Source of the DNA: Thermoflexus hugenholtzii JAD2
GTDB lineage: Bacteria > Chloroflexota > UBA11872 > UBA12225
Direction of reading: 5' to 3'
Length of the DNA: 64,000 nt
NCBI GenBank assembly: GCA_945907765.1
Contig: CAMDTO010000003.1
Location: forward strand, 15,813 to 79,812
Shown: positions 57,144 to 64,000 of the stretch, piece by piece
Layout: each line of letters begins with the position of its first letter
Position numbering within the stretch: the first letter of the stretch is position 1
The notes under the pieces: generated by a model
The model's database searches: none
Told to the model about the DNA's origin: nothing
The model's input: the letters and a program-made list of their open reading frames with translations, nothing else
Made by a program: the position numbers and the translations under genes

Positions 57144-58388
57144 ATGCGCGTCACGGACCTCGCCCTGACCCACTTTCGCTCCTTTTCACGCCTCGACCTG
57201 TCCTTACCCATCGGGTCGACCGTGATCTGGGGGGACAACGGCGCCGGGAAGTCGAACCTGATCGAGTCCCTGTATCTCCTCGCAACAAGCCGGTCTCCGT
57301 ACACCTCAGCGGAACGCGAGATGATCGACTGGCACTGCCCGCATCGACCAGCCTTCGCGCGCGTCATCGGCCGGGTGCTTCGGGAGGGTCGGGTGACCAG
57401 CCTTGAGGTGCTGACCGCCGAAACGGATGCCAGCACGTCTCCGGCGGACTTCGAGCCAGCCCCAGACCCTGGCATGTACCGCCCAGCCACCGTCCGGCGT
57501 AAAGTGGTCATCAATGGCACCCCGCGCCAGACAGGCGAACTACTTGGCCACCTGAACGCCGTGCACTTCTCCCCGGAGGAGGTCGAACTTGTCGCGGGGT
57601 CTGCCGAGCGCCGCCGACGATTCCTCGATATCACGTTGTCACAACTCGACCGGCAGTATGTCCGTACCTTGCGCCAGTACCAGCGGGTCCTTGTGCAGCG
57701 AAATGCCCTGTTGCGTCACCTGCGCGATAATCCGGCGGTTTCGCCATCCCAACTCGATCATTGGGATACCGAGGCCGTCTCCCTCGGCGCAGCGATCGTG
57801 GCTGCCAGAATTCGGGCCGTCGCCCGACTCAATGTCCATCTTGCCCTGATTGACGGCATTGCCCCCGGCGCCGCGCCAATCCGGATCACGTATGTGTCTG
57901 GGGTCGACTTCCCGAACCCATCTGAAGGCGATGCACCATTTGTCCGGACCATTGACGTCGGCGATACACTGGCTGAGGACGTGGCCTCCCGCCTTCGCGC
58001 CTCGTTCGCTCGCCAGAGAAGCCGGGAGCGCGCAGCCGCAATCACCCTCGTTGGGCCGCATCGGGATGACTTGGCTGTGTGTGCGGGTATCATCGACCAG
58101 CGGACCTACGGATCACGGGGGCAACAGCGAACGGCCGCCCTTGCACTGAAGATCGCCGAGGCCGGCCTCATGCGCGAAGTCACCGGGGAACCGCCCGTGC
58201 TGCTGCTCGACGATGTGATGTCGGAACTTGACCCAACTCGCCGGGCCTTCGTCGAGGGCCTGTGCGCAGACGCCGATCAGGCAATCGTCACCGGCACCGA
58301 GGCAGCCGTCTTCAGCCCCGCCTTCCGTGAACGTTCCCAGACGCTACACCTCGAAGGCGCCACTTTCCATCCAACCACCAGCGGGTGA
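57144..58388 (+). CDS. recF: DNA replication and repair protein RecF
   Basis: MRVTDLALTHFRSF...GDNGAGKSNLIESL (Walker A)...GSRGQQRTAALALKIAE (signature)...VLLLDDVMSELD (Walker B). Confidence 0.9.
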   Translation: MRVTDLALTHFRSFSRLDLSLPIGSTVIWGDNGAGKSNLIESLYLLATSRSPYTSAEREMIDWHCPHRPAFARVIGRVLREGRVTSLEVLTAETDASTSPADFEPAPDPGMYRPATVRRKVVINGTPRQTGELLGHLNAVHFSPEEVELVAGSAERRRRFLDITLSQLDRQYVRTLRQYQRVLVQRNALLRHLRDNPAVSPSQLDHWDTEAVSLGAAIVAARIRAVARLNVHLALIDGIAPGAAPIRITYVSGVDFPNPSEGDAPFVRTIDVGDTLAEDVASRLRASFARQRSRERAAAITLVGPHRDDLAVCAGIIDQRTYGSRGQQRTAALALKIAEAGLMREVTGEPPVLLLDDVMSELDPTRRAFVEGLCADADQAIVTGTEAAVFSPAFRERSQTLHLEGATFHPTTSG

Positions 58389-58488
58389 AACGGGGGCGTA
58401 CCCCGGAATTCGCCACGTTCGTGGTGCCAATGGCATCGGGTGGTACATTCCAAACGGTCGCACCGGCCGTCAGGCTGGTACATGTGCA

Positions 58489-59157
58489 ATGGGAGACAGA
58501 AGCGTGGCGGGCACCTCAGTGACAGACAAGTCGGTTGCACCCGACCAGAAACGGGTCAGCTCGGCCCGCGCTCGTCAGGAAGCGGCCCTCGCGGCACAGC
58601 GAGAGGCAAGGCGCCGGGAAACGCAGTGGACACGGATCATCTGGGGTGGCGTCATTACCTCTGTCGCCGTGTTGCTCGCGGCCCTTGTCTACTGGCTTGC
58701 CGTTCCCGCCTCAGCCGCGCCGGGTGCCCTACAGGAGTTCCCGATCCAGGGCCGTACCCACATCCAGCGTGGCCAGGCGCACCCCGAATACAACAGCAAG
58801 CCACCGACGTCCGGTTGGCATTACGCCGATCAGGTTGCCAGCCCAGGTGTCCACGTTGATCCAATCCCGAACGAGGTGCAGGTCCACAATCTGGAACACG
58901 GTGAAATCATGGTCCAGTACGACTGCCCGACTGATTGCAAGGAGATGGTCGCCGCCTTGGAGGCGATCGTCCGGACCTATCCCAAAAAGGTCCTCCTTGC
59001 GCCCTATCCGGGGACCGGCCACCCGATCACCCTGACATCTTGGGGACGCGTGAAGTACCTGGAAGCCGTCGATGAAGCAGTGATCCGGAAATACATCGCC
59101 GATTTCAAGGACAAGGGACCCGAAGTCTTCCCAGACGAGCCTATGGTAAAGCCATGA
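58489..59157 (+). CDS. DUF3105-like membrane-anchored protein
   Basis: TM (IIWGGVITSVAVLLAALVYWLAV), then YNSKPPTSGWHY...VHNLEHGEIMVQYDC...LTSWGR. Start trimmed to MGDRS (ATG 58489), because the track start overlaps recF. Confidence 0.6.
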   Translation: MGDRSVAGTSVTDKSVAPDQKRVSSARARQEAALAAQREARRRETQWTRIIWGGVITSVAVLLAALVYWLAVPASAAPGALQEFPIQGRTHIQRGQAHPEYNSKPPTSGWHYADQVASPGVHVDPIPNEVQVHNLEHGEIMVQYDCPTDCKEMVAALEAIVRTYPKKVLLAPYPGTGHPITLTSWGRVKYLEAVDEAVIRKYIADFKDKGPEVFPDEPMVKP

Positions 59158-59729
59158 CCGCCGAACCAACAGGCGGCGCACCCGTAAACACCGATTCACG
59201 CCACGAGGATGTGCTGCGTCCCGCAGTCATCGACGAACCATCCACTGCCACCGTGGCGGAACCCATCGTCCCACCGAAACGTGGATGGGGACCCCGTGCG
59301 ACGTTTCTGACGGTGTTCAGTGTCGTGTCAGTGATCTACGTGGCAACGTTTGTCCGCGGCCTCGCATGGCAATGGCACGGCATCCTCACCGCACAACCCG
59401 CTACCGCACCAGTAGTCGCGAATGCACCACGGGGAGCGATATCCAGTTCAAGGCAGGGCGCCGCCTCGAACTCGAACCCGGCGAACGCGGCACCGCAACC
59501 ACCGAGGGTGGCGCTCGCGCGGACGGACGTCCCTGCACCACGCAATGCCACTGATGACCGCGGTGTGACATACGATGCCGACGGGGTGGCCGTGATGGGG
59601 ATTGACGCCGACCCAACCGGCGTCTACAACGTCCCAGCAGGCAGGCAACTCCGCATCGGTGGACCGACCGGTCAGCTCTTCGATGTGCAGGAAGGTGGCA
59701 AGCTCGCCTCGGCGAAAACCTCTCGCTAG
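59154..59729 (+). CDS. Hypothetical single-TM protein
   Basis: ATGA overlap with the preceding gene. TM (FLTVFSVVSVIYVATFV). No motif I recognise. Confidence 0.45.
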   Translation: MTAEPTGGAPVNTDSRHEDVLRPAVIDEPSTATVAEPIVPPKRGWGPRATFLTVFSVVSVIYVATFVRGLAWQWHGILTAQPATAPVVANAPRGAISSSRQGAASNSNPANAAPQPPRVALARTDVPAPRNATDDRGVTYDADGVAVMGIDADPTGVYNVPAGRQLRIGGPTGQLFDVQEGGKLASAKTSR

Positions 59730-59910
59730 CGTGCGATTGGGTGTCGAAGCTTCTGACGAAGAGTCACGTTCCCGTCGCCGTTCCTCAGAGGATTCTGAAC
59801 GTACCCCTCGAAATACGTGGCTATACTCGCCTCACAGGGGGGAACCCTCCCTGATCGCGACGGTTTAGCAACCGTTCGACCGCCGGGGCTCACCCGGAAA
59901 GGCATGCCGC

Positions 59911-62352
59911 ATGGGCGTTTTAGAAAAACTCGCCGCCTTCGTTGGGCGTCGTTGGCGCGCGTTACTCATCACGCTCGTCGTTGTCGCCGCATTCTTCCTC
60001 TGGTTCGTGCCGAACTACGACACGGCCATGCCGTACGTCCTCTACGGCGCCTATCTCCTCTTCCAGATGCTTTTCGCCGTCCTGTTCATGATCATCCAGT
60101 TCGCCGCCCTGTTCTGGTTCCTCGGGCGTGGCCGGACCTACTGGGTCATGCCGGGCGAAACCGGGGTCGGATTTAAGGATTACCGTGGGCAGAAGGACGT
60201 GCTGGAGACCGCCGAACGGTGGGTGACCCTGCTTCGCGGTGTCAAGGACTTCAAGCGCATGGGAGGCGAAGTCAGCCGTGGTCTCCTGCTCGTCGGCCCT
60301 CCAGGTACTGGCAAGTCGTATCTCGCGCAGGCAATCGCCACTGAGGCAGGCGTCCCATTCGGATACACCTCGGCCGCATCGTTCCGTGCCATGTTCATGG
60401 GCATGGACGTCCTGATCGTCTGGCGTCTCTACCGAAAGGCCCGCAATCTCGCCAAGAAGCATGGCGCATGCATCCTCTTCATTGATGAAATCGATGCCAT
60501 CGGCGCTGCCCGTACATCAGGGATGATGGGCGGCGGCGGCATGATGGGCGGCATGATGGGCGGTGGCGGTGCCCTCAACCAGTTGCTCATGGAAATGGAC
60601 CCACCCCGCCTGACTGATGGGTGGCGCGATCGGCTCCTCAGGCGGATGGGCATCCTCAAGCGTCCCGCAATCCGCCCGAACGTCGTCACGATGGGTGCAA
60701 CCAACATCGTCGAGACCCTCGACGCTGCTCTCCTTCGGGCCGGGCGCTTTGACCGCCAACTCACGATCGATGCGCCGGATGCTGAAGGCCGCAAGGACAT
60801 CATCGAGTACTACCTCTCGAAGGTCCGTCACGAAGACATGCCGATCGACCGGATGGCTGGCGACACCATCGGCTACACACCAGTCACCATCAAGTACATC
60901 GTCAACGAGGCGACGGTCGTCGCCCACTTCAACGGCCGTGACGCAATCGCGTACGCCGACTTCACCGAGGCGCGCGAGGCACACGAGTGGGGGATCAAGC
61001 AGCCAATCCGCGGCATGAAACTCGAGGAAAAGCGACGCATTGCCTACCACGAGGCCGGTCATGCCTTTGCGATGGCTGTCCTGCAGCGTGAGACTTCTCG
61101 CGTGTCCAAAGTCACCATCCAGCGACACGGGCGGGCGCTCGGGTTTGCCGCACCCAAGCCCATCGAGGAACGCTACACCCAGACGAACGATGAAGTGTTG
61201 GCTGAAATCCAGGTCTGCCTTGCGAGCCGCGCATCCGAGGAACTCTTCCTCGACACGCAACTAACCGGGGTGACGAGTGACCTTTCCCACGCAACCCGTC
61301 TTGCTCACGCCTACCTAGGCGTGTATGGAATGGGTGGCAGCTTCTACTCCTACCTCGCAGGCGGTGGCATGATGGGTGGGCTCCCCGACAAGCGTCGCGT
61401 TGAACAGCTACTCGACGAGCAGTACACCCGCGTCAAGACCCTGCTGGCCGTCCACTCCGACACCGTTCATTCCATCGCGCAGGCTCTCATCCAGCAAGGC
61501 GAACTCCTCGGCGATGACATCCAGCGGATCATCGATGAGAAGGATCGGGAGCGACAGAGTCAGGACACGACGCTCCGCGAAGACACACGCCGTCTCGCCT
61601 ACCACGAGGCGGGCCACGCAATAGCTCAGGCTATGCTGCTTCGTCGTCAGGAAGTTGGACGTGTCTCGATCGTCAGCACGACCGAACCGCAGAACTTCAA
61701 TGAACTCCGTCCGCTCACCGCTCAGCAGACCTACTCCCGTGACGAGGTGCTTTCCGAAATCCAGGTCAAACTTGCCAGCCGTGCTGCGGAGGAACTGTTC
61801 CTGAACCTCGTTCTGGACAACTCCGCCAGCGACCTCAAGCGGGCACGAGACCTGGCGCGCTATGTCGTCGCCTACATGAACCCTTCCGATTCGCTATTCG
61901 TCTACGAACCGGAGACCGCCCAGGACGACGAAAAGACCGAAACCATCGAGAACGGTGCGGCAATCGCCGACGGATCCTCGACACAGCCTCGTCCAAAGCG
62001 TGCCCTCGCCGGAGGCGATGCGCGCATCCGACGCGAGGTGGACGCCCTCCTACGCGAACAGTACGAGGCCACCAAGGCACTCCTCCGTCAGTGCGAACCA
62101 GAGATGCACATCCTTGCGCGCGCCCTCGCCGAGAAGGGCGAACTCTCCAGCGCCGATGTCCGACGCATCCTCAACGGCAAGTTGACTTCCCGCACTGGGC
62201 AGCGTCTGGTCTCGATGAACGGAACACCAATGCCGGCTGCGGTCAACGGTCATGCCGGCGACCATGCCGGACACGAGGGTGCCATCACCGTCGAAAACGT
62301 CGCTGTCCACGCGAGTGACATCGCGTACGCTGATCCGCCTACGAACCACTGA
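59911..62352 (+). CDS. FtsH-like AAA+ metalloprotease with two tandem M41-type peptidase modules
   Basis: Two close TM spans. Walker A GPPGTGKS, Walker B ILFIDEIDA, second region of homology (TNIVETLDAALLRAGRFDR). HEAGH at 61048-61062 and again at 61603-61617. Each HEAGH is followed by an EIQV.LASRA.EELF... / ..SDL...A..LA segment. Confidence 0.8.
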   Translation: MGVLEKLAAFVGRRWRALLITLVVVAAFFLWFVPNYDTAMPYVLYGAYLLFQMLFAVLFMIIQFAALFWFLGRGRTYWVMPGETGVGFKDYRGQKDVLETAERWVTLLRGVKDFKRMGGEVSRGLLLVGPPGTGKSYLAQAIATEAGVPFGYTSAASFRAMFMGMDVLIVWRLYRKARNLAKKHGACILFIDEIDAIGAARTSGMMGGGGMMGGMMGGGGALNQLLMEMDPPRLTDGWRDRLLRRMGILKRPAIRPNVVTMGATNIVETLDAALLRAGRFDRQLTIDAPDAEGRKDIIEYYLSKVRHEDMPIDRMAGDTIGYTPVTIKYIVNEATVVAHFNGRDAIAYADFTEAREAHEWGIKQPIRGMKLEEKRRIAYHEAGHAFAMAVLQRETSRVSKVTIQRHGRALGFAAPKPIEERYTQTNDEVLAEIQVCLASRASEELFLDTQLTGVTSDLSHATRLAHAYLGVYGMGGSFYSYLAGGGMMGGLPDKRRVEQLLDEQYTRVKTLLAVHSDTVHSIAQALIQQGELLGDDIQRIIDEKDRERQSQDTTLREDTRRLAYHEAGHAIAQAMLLRRQEVGRVSIVSTTEPQNFNELRPLTAQQTYSRDEVLSEIQVKLASRAAEELFLNLVLDNSASDLKRARDLARYVVAYMNPSDSLFVYEPETAQDDEKTETIENGAAIADGSSTQPRPKRALAGGDARIRREVDALLREQYEATKALLRQCEPEMHILARALAEKGELSSADVRRILNGKLTSRTGQRLVSMNGTPMPAAVNGHAGDHAGHEGAITVENVAVHASDIAYADPPTNH

Positions 62353-62369
62353 TCATGCACACGGATCGT

Positions 62370-62417
62370 AAGCGGCCGGCCGTCGTCCTCGGACGATGCG
62401 CCGGCCGCTTCTTTTTA
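62370..62417 (+). terminator. Rho-independent terminator after the FtsH-like gene (sits between convergent genes)
   Basis: AAGCGGCCGGC-(19 nt, itself partly self-pairing)-GCCGGCCGCTT followed by CTTTTTA. Begins 18 nt after the stop at 62352. Confidence 0.65.
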
Positions 62418-62436
62418 CGGGTGCCGCCCGTGCGGT

Positions 62437-63168
62437 TTACCCGATCAGCGGGGCGGTCGCCGGGACGCCCGGTCGCCGGGGATAGCCCCGCGGCGCACGT
62501 CCCTCCTGGACAATCGTCACCACAACGCGATTGGGTAATTGATCACACCGGACCGGCATGACCGAGGCAACCCTTCCACCAAGCATCTGCAACGCGTAGC
62601 GCGCTTCAGGCAACTCCGTCTCGGTCCGTGTCGCGGACTTCAGGGCAATCAGTTGTCCACCCTGGCACAGGAACGGCAGGCAAATCTCGACGAGTACCGC
62701 AATTGGTGCAACCGCCCGAACGACAGCCACGTCGAACTGTCCCCGCCAACCGGGATCGTGCGCCGCCGTCTCCGCACGCCCCGCAATCGGATAGGCGTTC
62801 CTCAGACCAATCGTGTCGACAGCTCCGGAAAGCCAGGTCATCTTCTTCCCGGTCGCATCAAGAAGGGTCACCCCTGCGTCCGGCAACATGATTGCGAGCG
62901 GTACACCCGGAAATCCTGCACCAGTGCCGATGTCGATCACCCGCGCGGCTTCGGGCAAGGCCTCGACTAACCCAAGCAACGAAGTGAGCGAATCCAGGAA
63001 CAATTTGAACGCAACCTCTTCCGGATCGACAATCGACGTGAGGTTAAGAAGTTGCCGGCCCTCCGCGAGCAAGGTCGCGAAGGCTTCGAACTGCCCAACA
63101 TGTTCTTCAGTGACTGGAATCCCGAGTGCATCGGCCTCGCGGACCATATCGGCCCAAGGCACCGTCAT
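62437..63168 (-). CDS. rsmG: 16S rRNA (guanine527-N7)-methyltransferase
   Basis: LNLTSI...VIDIGTGAGFPGVPLAI...VTLLDATGKK..WL...RAVA are the GidB/RsmG SAM-methyltransferase motifs. Its ATG overlaps the lepB stop (ATGA). Confidence 0.88.
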   Translation of the reverse strand: MTVPWADMVREADALGIPVTEEHVGQFEAFATLLAEGRQLLNLTSIVDPEEVAFKLFLDSLTSLLGLVEALPEAARVIDIGTGAGFPGVPLAIMLPDAGVTLLDATGKKMTWLSGAVDTIGLRNAYPIAGRAETAAHDPGWRGQFDVAVVRAVAPIAVLVEICLPFLCQGGQLIALKSATRTETELPEARYALQMLGGRVASVMPVRCDQLPNRVVVTIVQEGRAPRGYPRRPGVPATAPLIG

Positions 63169-63857
63169 CGCGGAATAGACGCAACGTCATCGGGTTCGAT
63201 CATGTTGGAACCAGAAATGGTCAAGTCGTCCGCAAACGCAACCCGTGCATCAGCAAAGATGTAGGAGGCCGAAGCCCGAACGAATTCGAGAACGGGGTGG
63301 TCGATCACGCCAGCGTATTCGGTCGGCCAGTACGAAAGCCTCGCCTTGCCGATTAAGTACTCGCGCGGTAGCCAATCCCAAATATGGGAATCGTGACTGT
63401 TGTCACGGTTATCACCAAGCACGAAATAGTCGTTCTCCGGCACAACCTTTCGTTCGTACCGGTAACTTGCCGTGATCTTGATGTAGGGTTCCTTCAAGGC
63501 CGCGCCGTTGATGAATACGGTCCCGTTGTGCACCTCGACGGCTTCACCCGGGAGCGCAATGATCCGCTTCACGAAGTCGCGTCGCGGATCGAGGGGAAAG
63601 CGCATTACCACTACATCGCCACGCTGTGGATTACCTATCAGGTACGACAGCTTGTCAACTAGGATGTACTGGCCCGTGTGAAGATTGGGTTCCATGCTGA
63701 ACCCTTCCACGCGGTAGTTTTGCACGGCCAGACGCACCCCGAAGAAGATTGCAAGCGTCAGCAGGGCAGTCTCGAGGATTTCACGCGTCGCGGCTTTGAT
63801 CAGCGTACCTCTTGACCAAGGGGAAATCGGCACCGCAGTACTGTGAGATGATAGCAA
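63165..63857 (-). CDS. lepB: Signal peptidase I
   Basis: Box B GFSMEPNL (catalytic Ser), box C RGDVVVM, box D VKRIIALPGE (catalytic Lys), box E VLGDNRDNSHDSH. Confidence 0.9.
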   Translation of the reverse strand: MLSSHSTAVPISPWSRGTLIKAATREILETALLTLAIFFGVRLAVQNYRVEGFSMEPNLHTGQYILVDKLSYLIGNPQRGDVVVMRFPLDPRRDFVKRIIALPGEAVEVHNGTVFINGAALKEPYIKITASYRYERKVVPENDYFVLGDNRDNSHDSHIWDWLPREYLIGKARLSYWPTEYAGVIDHPVLEFVRASASYIFADARVAFADDLTISGSNMIEPDDVASIPR

Positions 63858-63928
63858 CGACCTGCGAAACGCAAACGGGGCTGACCACCGCCGTGGCCGC
63901 CCCGTCCAATTTGCGGTTCCGAACCAGG

Positions 63929-64000
63929 CTAGATCTTTCCGGCCTCAAGTGCACGCCGCACATCACGCAGGAACGCGCCACCAGGAGCGCCGTCCACGAT
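63929..64000 (-). CDS. 3' end of an unidentified gene running off the window
   Basis: The minus frame reads ...IVDGAPGGAFLRDVRRALEAGKI* with the stop at 63929-63931. Too short to assign a product. Confidence 0.3.
   Translation of the reverse strand: MVDGAPGGAFLRDVRRALEAGKI

Noticed and set aside
56732-57634. 300-aa minus-strand ORF. Comparable long ORFs: 60517..61260(-), 48327..49130(+), 34469..35218(-), 11474..12292(-), 31632..32417(+), 9439..10188(-), 5376..5942(-)
   Set aside because: All lie opposite to, or out of frame with, strongly supported genes (oxidoreductase/recF, the FtsH-like gene, the giant SBP, the radical SAM gene, hisG, ileS, dtd, the permease). All have shadow-frame composition.
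57144-63857. Proximity to the replication origin, suggested by recF, rsmG (gidB) and lepB
   Set aside because: dnaA, dnaN, gyrB and parAB are absent. I did not see a cluster of TTATCCACA-like DnaA boxes or an AT-rich unwinding element. The adjacency alone is not evidence.

Overview
GC-rich bacterial chromosomal segment. The gene content (PT-rich FecR-domain proteins, a T-box leader, ATPase-less CUT1-type sugar ABC operons) looks Chloroflexota/Thermomicrobia-like, but that lineage call is inference only. I can support about 55 protein genes and 8 tRNAs (Asp, Leu-GAG, Val, Phe, Leu-TAA, Cys, Gly, Lys). Most of the window is housekeeping: holB, dtd, a HisRS-like gene + hisG + hisD, ychF, pdp, nnr, acpS, an XRE/PBP-type regulator with modAB, a five-gene branched-chain amino-acid ABC operon, ileS, a TIGR03960-type radical SAM gene, dcd, rph, murD, recF, rsmG and lepB. 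I saw no transposase, integrase, CRISPR array or rRNA. The most unusual content is: (1) a ~12 kb co-directional cluster (38386-50303, minus strand) with a 1068-aa binding protein carrying two CBM-like modules, two complete permease pairs, no ATPase, and three envelope proteins wedged between the permease pairs (NHL+TPR, Yip1-like, DUF5696-like); (2) an FtsH-like AAA protease with two tandem HEAGH peptidase modules and Gly/Met-rich inserts; (3) a T-box leader with an intrinsic terminator upstream of ileS, hidden under an over-extended ORF call; (4) a full-length HisRS-like gene translationally coupled to a long-form hisG; (5) a strongly signalled 46-aa basic ORF missing from the ORF track; (6) a DUF1697 gene whose conserved N-terminal motif sits in another reading frame. 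Many long ORFs in the track are antisense or frame-shadow artefacts of high GC. All family assignments come from reading motifs by eye. No database search was run.
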